Positions 1-13,363 of a stretch of DNA of 64,000 bases are shown here, piece after piece. The DNA is from Macrostomum lignano. Lineage: Eukaryota. The notes beneath the pieces are model-generated. The model ran no database searches and was not told the origin of the DNA. It was given only the letters and a program-made list of their open reading frames with translations. The translations under genes and the position numbers were made by a program. The stretch spans positions 1 through 64,000 of the forward strand of contig NIVC01003878.1 in NCBI GenBank assembly GCA_002269645.1, in the 5' to 3' direction. Numbering within the stretch: position 1 is the first letter of the stretch; the number at the start of each line of letters is the position of its first letter.

Positions 1-711
1 CACGGGCCAGTCTCAGAAAAAGATGCAGAAAGGGAGACAGGAAATTCATCCTATCTATTAGTAAGAGAAATATCTGAGCTGAAAGATGGAGAACTCGAGA
101 CAGGGTTAAAATTTATGGGATTCTGAGCTGCATCAGCGTTGTGGCCACACTGACATCGTCTCGCTACCAGCGCATGATACACGCTCACACTGGGTGTACA
201 GCGGCACTTTGACTTTCTAATGTACAGTCTCTGTGCCTTGGGGATCGGCAGTCATAGGTGTGAATCTAAAAGCCATAAATTATTGTTTCGGAATCGAACC
301 CGGGGTGTCTAGTGTTGAAAATTAGACAAAAAAAGAAACTTTATCAAATCGATGCTTGTTATCAAAAATTGACAGGCTGTCAACGATTTTCACTGAAATT
401 TCGGTTCAGTTCTGCTCCGCCTGCCTTCGGGGACGCTTCGAGTTTGGATTGTCTGCTAAGCTCAAAGCAGAAATTCGATCCAGCCTGCAGAGAAAGATGT
501 CTGTCTTGAAGAATTGAAGAATGATAAATAATGCGGGCTGGGGACTGAGCAGGGTTGCTCTTGTGTAGAGAATTGGATTGCGGAGCTTTTTGAGCAAATC
601 AATGTCTGCTGTCTCTCGGTATTGACAGAGGAATTGACCACAGTGAGTTGCTGGCCAGCTCTGCTTTTGCTCTGGAACTGCGTTCAGATCTGATCGCTAT
701 TTGGTCCCAGA

Positions 712-1982
712 GATATCTCTCTGATTTCTCCCTGGTCTCTCTCTGGTCTCTCTCTGATCTCTCTCTGGTCTCTCTCTGATCTCTCTCTGGTCTCTCTGAT
801 CTCTCTCTGATCTCTCTCTGATTTCTCCCTGGTCTCTCTCTGATCTCTCTCTGATCTCTCTCTGGTCTCTCTCTGATCTCTCTCTGGTCTCTCTGATCTC
901 TCTCTGATCTCTCTCTGATTTCTCCTGGTCTCTCTCTGATCTCTCTCTGATCTCTCTCTGGTCTCTCTCTGATCTCTCTCTGATCTCTCTCTGGTCTCTC
1001 TCTGATCTCTCCCTGATGTCTCTCTGATCTCTCTCTCTGATCTCTCTCTGGTCTCTCTCTGGTCTCTCTCTGATCTCTCTCTGGTCTCTCTCTGATCTCT
1101 CCCTGATGTCTCTCTGATCTCTCTCTGATCTCTCTCTGGTCTCTCTCTGATCTCTCTCTGATCTCTCTCTGGTCTCTCTCTGATCTCTCCCTGATGTCTC
1201 TCTGATCTCTCTCTGGTCTCTCTGATCTCTCTCTGATCTCTCTCTGGTCTCTCTCTGATCTCTCTCTCGTCTCTCTCTGATCTCTCTCTGATCTCTCTCT
1301 GATCACTCTCTGATCTCTCTCTGATCTCTCTCTGGTCTCTCTGATCTCTCTCTGATCTCTCTCTGGTCTCTCTCTGATCTCTCTCTGATCTCTCTCTGGT
1401 CTCTCTCTGATCTCTCTCTCGTCTCTCTCTGATCTCTCTCTGATCTCTCTCTGATCTCTCTCTGATCTCTCTCTGATTTCTCCCTGGTCTCTCTCTGATC
1501 TCTCTCTGATCTCTCTCTGGTCTCTCTCTGATCTCTCTCTGATTTCTCCCTGGTCTCTCTCTGATCTCTCTCTGATCTCTCTCTGGTCTCTCTCTGATCT
1601 CGCTCTGATCTCTCTCTGGTCTCTCTCTGATCTCTCTCTGGTCTCTTTGATCTCTCTCTGATCTCTCTCTGATCTCTCTCTGATCTCTCTGATCTCTCTC
1701 TGATCTCTCTCCGATCTCTTTCTGATCTCTGATCTCTCTCTCTGATCTCTCTCTGATCTATCTCTGATCTCTCTCTCTGATCTCTCTCTGATCTCTCTCT
1801 GATCTATCTCTGATCTCTCTCTGATCTATCTCTGATCTATCTCTGATCTATCTCTGATCTCTCTCTGATCTCTCTCTGATCTCTCTCTGATCTCTCTCTG
1901 ATCTCTCTCTGATCTCTCTCTGATCTCTCTCTGATCTCTCTCTGATCTCTCTGATCTCTCTCTGATCTCTCTCTGATCTCTC
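712..1982. repeat. Low-complexity array of (GATCTCTCTCT)-type units
   Basis: Direct inspection. Confidence 0.95.
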
Positions 1983-2717
1983 AAATTTCTTTCAATACTC
2001 ATTTCATATATTTATCTCTCAATCTTTCCATCCCTGAGTCAGTTTGTTTACCATGTTGTTTGGGCAAAGTCAAGAACGCGGTCCCAGGGGGCAGTGCTTA
2101 GTGGCTGGCATGAAAGCAAAAGTGGGTCTCCAGCGCACAGTCAGTCTGATTGCATAATTCCAATGTTGTTAATAATGCAATGTTAAACACAATGCCAGCA
2201 CAGCAAACAATGGCTGCTTCTTGGCAAAGCATTGCCTGCAAGGTGACTGAGAGTGTGGCCATATAGGCCCAATTTTAGCCAGGAGCAGAGCATTATTAGC
2301 ACTTGAGCTCGGAGGATGAGTCACCCATCCACCAGCAGAGACAGCGTGTGAAAGCCGAGAACGAAAGCGAAAGTTCTCCAAAAACTGCAGCAGTGACATC
2401 CTACCAGCCTGACGCAACAGACAGCGTCAGGGACTGCTGGCTTGACCAGGACGACTTCATTGTCATTTCACGCCTGGTCGACTTCTGCAGTGAGCGACTG
2501 ACTGACCGCTGCAACATTGATGAATTGATGAGGCTAGCAGCCTGTTTGACATGACAGCACTCTTTCTCTCGCGGAAATATGCTCAAAAAAGGTTGTTAAT
2601 CTTTCAAGCCTGACTCTCGCTCTGTGCCTCACTGAGCGCGACTCAAAGAGTTGGATTTTGCTTTTTCTTGTTATACGAAAGAAGAAATTCAGGCACCCCG
2701 AATTCTAAATTAATGTT

Positions 2718-3170
2718 GTCCACCATCTTGTCCACCATCTTGTCCACCATCTTGTCCACCATCTTGTCCACCATCTTGTTCACCATCTTGTCCACCATCT
2801 TGTCCACCATCTTGTCCACCATCTTGTCCACCATCTTGTCCACCATCTTGTCCACCATCCTGTCCACAATCTTGTCCACCATCTTGTCCACCATCCTGTC
2901 CACAATCTTGTCCATAATCTTGTCCACCATCTTTTCTACCATCTTGTCCACAATGTTGTCCACAATTCTGTCCACAATCCTGTCCACCATCTTGTCCACA
3001 ATCCTGTCCACAAACCTGTCCACCACCTGGTCCACCATCTTGTCCATCATCTTTTCTACCATCTTGTCCACAATGTTGTCCACAATGTTGTCCACCATCT
3101 TGTCCACCATCTTGTCCCACCACCTTGTCCACCATCTTGTCCATCATCTTTTCTACCACCTTATCTTCTA
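2718..3170. repeat. 12 bp minisatellite (CCACCATCTTGT)n
   Basis: Direct inspection. Confidence 0.95.
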
Positions 3171-3959
3171 GACCGATAGACATTCAATGACCAATGAAAT
3201 TTAATTGAAACAATTTTTTCATCAATGGCATGGTTTCCGAGGGGACACTTTTTACAATAATTAAAATCTGGATTTCCCTTCTGCCATCAGCCTGACGGGA
3301 TCCTCAAGGCCATGGGGATTTTTAAAAGAATCCAAAGCGAACTTTCTTGAACGAAATGAGGCATTCAGTCAGTGAAGAAATATTTCTCTCAAGGCCAAGC
3401 AAACTGATTGACTCAAACTCGCAGGCTATCTGAAAAATATCTGGCAGACAATCTGGTGGCACAGTCGGCTTGCACAACCCTACTGGGGTATTAAAAGTCA
3501 CCGGAGCGGAGAAATTATTGGCAGCTGAATCTGATCACGTGACAGGCGCCATCAAAGCAACTCGGAGGAATCTGAGCAGCCATGAATCAGAAATTTACTC
3601 GTCAAGAAACCCGAGCAGCCAAAGCGAGTAGAGAAGCGATGGAGATGGCTTGGTTAATAGCAGGTGTGCCGCACCGTCTTGCTAATTGCTTAGGCATGGT
3701 AAGGAGAGACAGATAGAGAATCAGATGAAGAAGCGAGTGCTAGCGAAATGGCAACTGTGAGACTCTATGCAGGCAACACTGTCGGGAAAGCTGAGCCGCC
3801 AATATCTGATTTTGTAAGCAAGAATCTCAGCAGAGATCTTTTTTCTTTAAGTTAAAATTAATCATTGTATGATGCCAGGAAAACTAAGGGAGCAGTTGCG
3901 GAGATGCAGACTCGGGGGCGTGTTGAAGGGACACCGACAGAAGGGGTGTAGAGGGAAGA

Positions 3960-4190
3960 AGTGGGGAGAGGAGAGGAGAGGAGGGAGAAGAGAGAAGGGG
4001 AGAGGAGGGGAGAGGAGAGGAGAGGAGGGGAGGGGAGAGGAGAGAGGAGAGGGAGAGGAGGGGAGAGGAGAGGAGAGGAGAGGAGAGGAGAGGAGAGGGA
4101 GAGGAGAGGAGAGGAGGGGAAAGAAAAGAAAGGAAAAGAGGGAAAGGAGAGCAGAGAAAGAGATGACAAGAGAGGGAGAGAGTAGAGAGA
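3960..4190. repeat. GA-rich polypurine tract
   Basis: (GGAGA)n-like. Confidence 0.9.
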
Positions 4191-4831
4191 TTATTGGAAG
4201 GTGGGGGGGGGGAGATTAGAAAGGCCCAGTAGACACAGGCACTGACAAGGTGAAGCCAGTGAGAGGCGGCGATGCCACTGCGAGAGATCGGTGAGCGAAG
4301 GGACAAAGGACAGGAGAAGCGGATGGTGGATGAGAGAATGGGTGATCCAGCATAATAAATGCAGGCCAGCAGTCGCACACACGCAGAGAGAGTCCATAAA
4401 ATTGGTACAAAAGCGGCTTGTGGAGCTCAGCTGCCTGGGAGATTGGCTTCAGCTCGAGAACAGATGAAGACTCCGGATAAGACTGGAATGCCTTCGTAAT
4501 TGCGGAAATCCGACCGTCAACCCCCTCCCCCTCTCTGCGGGGTGCCGAGCGCAGCGGGGGTGTCGAGGCGGGCGGCACCGGCCTCGAAGAACTGTCGAAA
4601 CACTTTTTTGCCCCCCCCCCTGTTCAAAAATAATTTTTCTTTTTACGCACTGGCGCGTTCGGGCCGCTCAGATGCCTTATCAGATGCGCAGCAGGGCGCC
4701 TTCAAGGCTCTCTGTGTTTTTTTCTTGTCCAGCCACTGCCTCAGTCATGACCATATGGCTCTTGGGGCGGCTTCACGTAGATATGGCAGCTCGAGGGGGG
4801 ATACAGGGAAGGAAGGGAGAGAAGGAGGGGA

Positions 4832-5895
4832 GGGAGATGTGGAGAGGGAGATTCGGAGAGGGAGATGTGGAGAGGGAGATTCGGAGAGGGAGATGTGGAG
4901 AGGGAGATGTGGAGAGGGAGATGTGGAGAGGGAGATGTGGAGAGGGAGATGTGGAGAGGGAGATGTGGAGAGGGAGATGTGGAGAGGGAGATGTGGAAAA
5001 GGAGACACAGAGAGGGAGACACAGAGAGGGAGATTGGAGAGGGGGATGTGGAGAGGGAGATTCGGAGAGGGAGATGTGGAGAGGGAGATGTGGAGAGGGA
5101 GATGTGGAGAGGGAGATGTGGAAAGGGAGATGTGGAGAGGGAGATGTGGAGAGGGAGATGTGGAGAGGGAGATGTGGAAAGGGAGACACAGAGAGGGAGA
5201 CACAGAGAGGGAGATTGGAGAGGGGGATGTGGAGAGGGAGATTCGGAGAGGGAGATGTGGAGAGGGAGATGTGGAGAGGGAGATGTGGAGAGGGAGATGT
5301 GGAGAGGGAGATGTGGAGAGGGAGATGTGGAAAAGGAGACACAGAGAGGGAGACACAGAGAGGGAGATTGGAGAGGGGGATGTGGAGAGGGAGATTCGGA
5401 GAGGGAGATGTGGAGAGGGAGATGTGGAGAGGGAGATGTGGAGAGGGAGATGTGAAAAGGGAGATGTGGAGAGGGAGATGTGGAGAGGGAGATGTGGAGA
5501 GGGAGATGTGGAGAGGGAGATGTGGAAAGGGAGACACAGAGAGGGAGACACAGAGAGGGAGATTGGAGAGGGGGATGTGGAGAGGGAGATTCGGAGAGGG
5601 AGATGTGGAGAGGGAGATATGGAGAGGGAGATGTGGAGAGGGAGATGTGGAGAGGGAGATGTGGAGAGGGAGATGTGGAGAGGGAGATGTAGAGAGGGAG
5701 ATGTGGAGAGGGAGACATGGAGAGGGAGATGTGGAGAGGGAGACATGGAGAGGGAGATGTGGAGAGGGAGATGTGGAGAGGGAGATGTGGAGAGGGAGAT
5801 GTGGAGAGGGAGATGTAGAGAGGGAGATGTGGAGAGGGAGACATGGAGAGGGAGATGTGGAGAGGGAGAAGTGGAGAGGGAGATGTGGAGAGGGA
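4832..5895. repeat. 14 bp minisatellite (GGAGAGGGAGATGT)n with recurring variant blocks
   Basis: Direct inspection. Confidence 0.95.
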
Positions 5896-7069
5896 GTCAT
5901 GGGAGACAGGTGGGAGGGAACTAATGTCTGAAAATGGTAGTCCCATACTGAAAGCTAATTTCCCATTACGGAGCTCAGCGGCTCAGATGCCTTAGCAATA
6001 TTATAGCCCTCACAGCGGGGCTTTGAAGGCAGTCGTTGCCTTCTGCCCGCTTCCTGCTGTCAAGTCCATACGGCTCTCGCAGCGGGGCTCCTTTTCAGAC
6101 CCCAGCATGGCGCGCCTGAACTACAAGCGGTGGTCTAGTCAAACACCGCCCGACCGACCACAATGGCAATGGGGCTCAGGGGGGAAATTAAGAGGCGCAC
6201 GAAGAGGACCGGCTCGGTCCAGAATCAATGGAAGCGCCTGCTCGAAGTCACGCGATGGGTTGTTTGAGAAAAGAATTGAGAGAAAAAAGCGAATGAAGTA
6301 TGGGCCAAGCCCGACCGACAAAGGCTGTTTATTGGCGTATAGAGTTTCTTTAAGGAAAGTTAATTAATTCTCGTGCCTCATCGTCTACAGTTTGAGAAGA
6401 ATCGAGGGCGAGAGCGAAACTCGAGTGGCCGAGCAAAGCGTTCTCAATTTCATATTTTCAAGTCTGGCAGTGGGCGACAAAGAGCCCGTGATCCCCAAAC
6501 TCCCACGATTGGAGTTCCCGCGTCTGTGCGGGCTCGACCGGGCGTGAACTGCGATTGGCGCAGCTGATCCTTTCACTGACGTCGCTTAGCCTCGTGTCGG
6601 CTTTTGATGATGCATTGAATCTGATGCTGGCCTGAGGGCCGATGACGGGGTGAAACTGAACAGCCGTTGACCCTCCAGCCGTAGCGATAAGCCTGGGCAG
6701 CTGGCACCAGCTGACACGGTCGCAGTTTCTGTCGGGGATTTTTCGGGATCAAAAAAATCTCCGCGACAATGACGATGACCGAAGGGGTGACAGATTTTTT
6801 TCTTTCTTTCTTGAAAATTAAAAGGCGCCGCTTCCGGCTTGGGTTGACGCTGGCTGGGGGGATTTTTAGCAACTAAATTGGCGTGGGGGGGGAAATCCAT
6901 ATCGAGGAAAATCTCCCTCATTTATTGAGGGATTAGAAAGGATTTTTTATATTGCAATATCCCAATGCACACATATGCCGCTGCTTGGCTTGAATTATGC
7001 TCCGTGGAGTTCGAAACTAATCTGCCGTCTGGATTGGAGATTATAAATATAATCAGGGGGACATGGTCA

Positions 7070-7641
7070 GAGAACAGGGGGCATTGGGGAGAGCACAGGG
7101 GTCATAGGAGAGGGCACAGGAGTCTTAGGGGAGGGCACAGGGGTCATATGAGAGGGTACATGGGTCTTAGGGGAGGGCACAGGGGTCATATGAGAAGGTA
7201 CATGGGTTATAGGGGAGGGCACAGGGGTAATATGAGAGGGCACAGGGGTTAATAGGGGAGGGCACAGGGGTCTTGGAAGAGGGCACAGGGGCACAAGGGA
7301 GGTCAAAGGGGGGCATAGTGGAAGTCACAGGGGACATAGTGGAGGTCACAGGGGGCATAGGGGAGGTCAAAGGGGGCATAGTGGAGGTCACAAGGGGCAT
7401 AGTGGAAGTCACAGGGGGGCATAGTGGAAGTCACAGGGGACATAGTGGAGGTCACAGGGGCATAGGGGAGGTCAAAGGGGGCATAGTGGAGGTCACAAGG
7501 GGCATAGTGGAAGTCACAGGGGCATAGTGGAGGTCACAGGGGCATAGTGGAGGTCACAGGGGGCATAGTGGAGGTCACAGGGGGCATAGTGGAGGTCACA
7601 GGGGGCATAGTGGAGGTCACAGTGGGCATGGGGGAGGTCAC
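7070..7641. repeat. G-rich composite minisatellite (GGGCACAGGGG.. then GGGGCATAGTGGAGGTCACA units)
   Basis: Direct inspection. Confidence 0.9.
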
Positions 7642-8594
7642 GGGATTCCGTTAGGCGATAAGAAACTAAATCTAAATATACTAAATATCTAATATTTGTA
7701 TGTCCATAACGCTCTAGAGACTTAAAGAACTAAAATCCGTTGTAAAACAAACTTCTTCGGGCTCAGGTCTAGACATCTCTGCTTAGTAGTCCCTATCCCT
7801 GCACATCGGCCGAGATTAGCCGCAAAAGTGTCGGTGATCCAGGAGGCCAGCGCGGTGACAGGAAACACCGGTTTCGGGCCGGTGGTCGCTCCTTGAAACT
7901 CCCCACTTACTTACTCCCTGGGCCCTCCCGGCCCTCCAGTCGTGGGAATTTGACAGCAGGCGCTTCAACCCCCACCCCGCTCTGGCTGATTCACCCGCCC
8001 ATTCGCTCCACCTCCTTCAAACCAGCCCCAATCCCGATTTTAGTTGTCAAAGTCTCGAAAAAATCCCCTTACAAAAGGCAGCACTTGGCGAGCTCAGGCT
8101 GGCTGGCATTGCCGTTCGCCATGCTGCAAGATTCAGTTCCGCCTTTCTCGCTATACTGTACAGAAACTCGGGCGCGTACAGACCCCCCCCCCGGGGGAGG
8201 CATTATGCTTCGAAGTATTAGGCCGGAGTGGAGGCGAGGGGTTATAAAGATTGCGTCATCATCAGCATCATCAACGGGGCAGTAGCAGCAGCTTTCTTCT
8301 TCTACTAAAAGATCCTCGCCATTATTGCTGAAATCTGCTTCGAATAATATTAATGCCCGCTCTGTTCGGCAATTTTTGGCGGGATGGGGAACTGAATTTT
8401 CTTCGTTGCTTTCAGGGAGGGTCGCTGCAGGGAGAGTTCCACTGCTGCACTGAGAAGAGAAAGGGAAGAGGGAGAGAGGGAGAGGAGAGAGAGTAGGGCA
8501 CCTCCAATCTCAGGCGTTGACACGGTGAAAAAGGACTGATAAGTAAATTATTTTATATTGCTGATATTTCAAATCTGGTAAATTCTTCGTCAGG

Positions 8595-9128
8595 GCGAGT
8601 AGGAGAGAGGGAGGGAAAGGAGAGAGAGGAAGAGAGGGAGAGAGGGAGAGAGGGAGAGACGGAGAGAGGGAGGGAAAGGAGAGAGAAGAAGAGAGGGAGA
8701 GAGGGAGAGGGGGAGAGGGAGAGAGGGAGAGAGGGAGAGAGAGGAGAGAGGAGAGAGGGAGAGGGAGAGAGGGAGAGGAAGAGAGGGAGAGGGAGAGGGA
8801 GAGAGGGAGAGGGAGAGAGGGAGAGGAAGAGAGGGAGAGGGAGAGGGAGAGAGGGAGAGGGAGAGGGAGAGAGGGAGAGGGAGAGGGAGAGGGAGAGAGG
8901 GAGAGGGAGAGAGGGAGAGGGAGAGAGGGAGAGGGAGAGAGGGAGAGGGAGAGGGAGAGAGGGAGAGGGAGAGGGAGAGGGAGAGAGGGAGAGGGAGAGA
9001 GGGAGAGGGAGAGAGGGAGAGGAAGAGAGGGAGAGGGAGAGGGAGAGAGGGAGAGGAAGAGAGGGAGAGGGAGAGGGAGAGAGGGAGAGGGAGAGAGGGA
9101 GAGGGAGAGGGAGAGAGGGAAAGGAAGA
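8595..9128. repeat. (GAGAGG)n polypurine tract
   Basis: Direct inspection. Confidence 0.95.
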
Positions 9129-9873
9129 GAGCTCTTATTGCTTCTGCTGCGCTGAAGACAGGCCGGGAGAGAAAGAAAAAGAGAGAAAGTCAATCAGTCA
9201 CGCAGGCTCTCCTCCGCTCTTGAAAGCCTGGCCCCAGCCTCCTTCATCGCCCACCGAGTCACTAATGTTCAGCCAATGCCTGGGGGATGCGGGGAAACCT
9301 ATCCATAATTGCATGGATAGAAAGAAGGGCGAGGGGATGTGGGAAGACTGGGATATCCCCGTGGCAACGGCAGCTGTAACGACGCTGCAAAATACCTGGC
9401 GCTAAGCTGCCACCAGCCCATTCCGCACGGCTTGATAGACAAGTGTTGCTACCAATGCCATTATAATTATAATTATCATAATCCCCTGTATTAATTGCAT
9501 GGAAATTATTGCCTGACAATGCAGACTGATGCCCCCAGCTGAGTTGCATTGCGTGACCAACAGCTTCGTAGCTTCAAAGAGCCGAGCTCTCCTTCGAATC
9601 CCTCACAGCGGGGGGGGCTTCAGACTTCAGTTAGCAACGGCAGACTCTCCATATCACTTCCTAGCTACTGTGGAATAAACACGGCGACTGCTTCTCAAAT
9701 TCTTTTTGTATCTTAGGGGGCAGGATTTGCCCGGAGATAGAGATTTATGAAGTTATCAACTGTTTTTCGCGCAGCTCGCAATAAATTATCATTGTCTGGA
9801 TTTCTGAGTCAGGCTAGCGCTCTACTCACAAAATCTACCAGGGAAATCTTGCAAATACATGTAAAACTGTCTA

Positions 9874-10305
9874 GATAAGCGCGCACTATCACAGAAGCGC
9901 GAAGTTGTATAAGCGCGCACTATCACAGAAGCGCGAAGTTGTATAAGCGCGCACTATCATAGGATGAGGCAGTTGTACAAGCGCGCACTATCACAGAAGC
10001 GCGAAGTTGTATAAGCGCGCACTATCACAGAAGCGCGAAGTTGTATAAGCGCGCACTATCACAGAAGCGCGAAGTTGTATAAGCGCGCACTATCATAGGA
10101 TGGGGCAGTTGTATAAGCGCGCACTATCACAGAAGCGCGAAGTTGTATAAGCGCGCACTATCATAGGATGGGGCAGTTGTATAAGCGCGCACTATCACAG
10201 AAGCGCGAAGTTGTATAAGCGCGCACTATCATAGGATGGGGCAGTTGTATAAGCGCGCACTATCACAGAAGCGCGAAGTTGTATAAGCGCGCACTAACAC
10301 AGAAG
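9874..10305. repeat. 34 bp minisatellite with two unit types
   Basis: TATAAGCGCGCACTATCA + CAGAAGCGCGAAGTTG or TAGGATGGGGCAGTTG; about 12.5 units. Confidence 0.95.
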
Positions 10306-10756
10306 GGCTCTACACACTATGCTAAATCAGTATCGAGTACAATCTAACCCTCGCATAGTAACAAAAACATTCTTTCACAGAATTTAAGCTATAAATTCGC
10401 AGGGCTTACAGAATAATTGGACCCGACCAAAGTAGAATTTCTGCTTCAACTCTTGGCTAACCTTAAAGCAGCTCAAACTTTTCGGTCTCTGTCTCAGATT
10501 CTTGACTTTCCAGTAAAAAAAATTTCTGACCCAAATTTCGGCCGTTTAAGAAATTTAAAGAAACTCATTTGTTCTGCTAATTAGGCCCTATAAAGAATCG
10601 TCGGCCTGCATCGTTTAAAATGCATCAATTAGTCACGTGCGCACACCTAGCCGAGCTTGCGTGCGTCATTTACCGCTTAGCCGTGTGAGGAGGCATTGGA
10701 ACCCACATGAACTCACCTTAAATACATAATAGCGCCCACGGAACTCTGGAACTCTG

Positions 10757-12282
10757 GAACCCACATCAGCTCCCATGGAATCCACACCAGCTCCCATGGA
10801 ACCCACATCAGCTCACTGCAACCCACATCAACTCCCATGGAACCCACATCAGCTCACTGCAACCCACACCAGCTCCCATGGAATCCACATCAGCTCACTG
10901 CAACCCACATCAACTCCCATGGAACCCACATCAACTCCCATGGAACCCACATCAGCTCCCATGGAATCCACATCAGCTCACTGCAACCCACATCAACTCC
11001 CATGCAACCCACATCAACTCCCATGGAATCCACACCAGCTCTCATGGAACCCGCATCAGCTCCCATGGAATCCACATCAGCTCCCATGGAATCCACATCA
11101 GCTCCCATGGAACCCACATCAGCTTCCATGGAATCCACATCAGCTCCCATGGAATCCACATCAGCTCCCATGGAATCCACATCAGCTCCCATGGAACCCA
11201 CATCAGCTTCCATGGAATCCACATCAGCTCCCATGGAATCCACATCAGCTCCCATGGAATCCACATCAGCTCCCATGGAATCCACACCAGCTCCCATGGA
11301 ACCCGCACCAGCTCCCATGGAATCCACATCAGCTCCCATGGAATCCACATCAGCTTCCATGGAATCCACATCAGCTCCCATGGAACCCGCATCAGCTCCC
11401 ATGGAACCCACATCAGCTCCCATGGAATCCACATCAGCTCCCATGGAATCCACATCAGCTCCCATGGAACCCACATCAGCTCCCATGGAATCCACATCAG
11501 CTCCCATGGAATCCACACCAGCTCCCATGGAACCCGCACCAGCTCCCATGGAATCCACATCAGCTCCCATGGAATCCACATCAGCTCCCATGGAACCCAC
11601 ATCAGCTTCCATGGAATCCACATCAGCTCCCATGGAACCCGCATCAGCTCCCATGGAACCCACATCAGCTCCCATGGAATCCACATCAGCTCCCATGGAA
11701 TCCACATCAGCTCCCATGGAATCCACATCAGCTCCCATGGAACCCACATCAGCTTCCATGGAATCCACATCAGCTCCCATGGAATCCACATCAGCTCCCA
11801 TGGAATCCACATCAGCTCCCATGGAACCCACATCAGCTTCCATGGAACCCACATCAGCTTCCATGGAATCCACATCAGCTCCCATGGAATCCACATCAGC
11901 TTCCATGGAATCCACATCAGCTTCCATGGAATCCACATCAGCTCCCATGGAATCCACATCAGCTCCCATGGAATCCACATCAGCTCCCATGGAACCCGCA
12001 TCAGCTCCCATGGAATCCACATCAGCTCCCATGGAATCCACATCAGCTTCCATGGAATCCACACCAGCTCCCATGGAACCCGCACCAGCTCCCATGGAAT
12101 CCACATCAGCTCCCATGGAATCCACATCAGCTCCCATGGAATCCACATCAGCTTCCATGGAATCCACACCAGCTCCCATGGAACCCGCACCAGCTCCCAT
12201 GGAATCCACATCAGCTCCCATGGAATCCACATCAGCTCCCATGGAACCCACATCAGCTCCCATGGAATCCACATCAGCTCCC
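10757..12282. repeat. 21 bp minisatellite (ATGGAATCCACATCAGCTCCC)n
   Basis: About 70 units; a few 20 bp units at the 5' edge. Confidence 0.95.
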
Positions 12283-12288
12283 TCATAG

Positions 12289-12474
12289 ACTTCCTCCGGG
12301 ATTTCAACCGGGAAGTTCTTGAAAAAAACATGTACCAATTCTGCAAAACATCCCCTAATCCCAGTTAGAATCCACGCAAGAGGCGCGGTTCCCTCCAGCC
12401 GACCCCTCTTGCCCTTCCCCGACAGCCCGGACGGACAGTCCAAGGAGCAATTGTGCCAGCCCCGCCAAACCCAG
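12289..12474 (+). other. Candidate upstream exons of the M13-like gene (12289-12363 and 12426-12474)
   Basis: tag|ACT..CCA|gttaga; 62 bp intron ending in a strong pyrimidine tract + cag; ..CCAG|gttaga; acceptor ctgcag at 13352. The joined frame stays open into the ATG at 13364. Donors are only moderate. Confidence 0.3.
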
Positions 12475-13059
12475 GTTAGAAGGCAGAAGCAAGCAGGTCT
12501 TGACGACTGGCTGAAGAAAAAACACAGGCAGACAGGCAGGCGGACAGGCATTCACTCGCTCAAACCGGCCGATTATGTAATAACGCGATGTGCGGCAGAG
12601 TTTCTACATGAAGATGATGATGAGCTGTGAGAAAGAATAATAATGCCCCAGCCTCCCATCCAGATCCCTGTGGGGTGAATCCCTTGTAGAAGAAGCTCGC
12701 AGACATTAGCCATTATTATTAGTGTTGTTATAATTAAAAGGCAAGGGGCTCATTGAAAAAGCTGCTGCCGATGCCGCATCCGGGGCAAGCAAGCAAGCAA
12801 AGGGTTGTGTTTTTTCCTGCAAAAATTTCCCTTTCCATAATTTCTCAAATTTTAGACCGATTGGATTGGACACCCCGGATCTGGCCAATCATGAGGCAGC
12901 TTTCCTATCTTTCCTCTCTCTCTTCTGTCTCTCTCTCTCCCGGGGTCTGAATAAGACCATGGAAAAAAGCAATTTATTTTAGACAGCTCAACTCATTCTT
13001 GGAATGCTCTCTGGTTGGTGCTACAGCTGTCATCATTAGGTGTAAATAGCTCATCAAGC

Positions 13060-13347
13060 TATAGACCAGTCCGGACACATCGCCATAGACCAGTCCGGAC
13101 ACATCGCCATAGACCAGTCCGGACACATTGCCATAGACCAGTCCGGACACATCGCCATAGACCAGTCCGGACACATCGCCATAGACCAGTCCGGACACAT
13201 CGCCATAGACCAGTCCGGACACATCGCCATAGACCAGTCCGGACACATCGCCATAGACCAGTCCGGACACATTGCCATAGACCAGTCCGGACACATCGCC
13301 ATAGACCAGTCCGGACACATTGCCATAGACCAGTCCGGACACATTGC
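13060..13347. repeat. 24 bp minisatellite (ATAGACCAGTCCGGACACATCGCC)n
   Basis: About 12 units ending a few bases before the ctgcag acceptor. Confidence 0.95.
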
Positions 13348-13363
13348 TGCAGGCACAGAGACA

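Noticed and set aside
2300-2554. Coding-looking 83 aa ORF or terminal exon
   Set aside because: Weak acceptor, no recognisable family, no partner exons found.
4500-5946. Several 300-470 aa ORFs on both strands
   Set aside because: Translation of a 14 bp GA-rich array.
4666-5994. 14 bp direct repeat GCTCAGATGCCTTA flanking the 14-mer array
   Set aside because: Set well back from the array edges with no element termini; insufficient to call an insertion.
9874-10305. CRISPR-like array
   Set aside because: No unique spacers (only two alternating variants), no cas genes, eukaryotic context.
10837-12288. Mucin-like (MESTSAP)n ORF
   Set aside because: All recurrent variants are non-synonymous in this frame and there is no signal peptide; the overlapping WNPHQLP frame is the better candidate.
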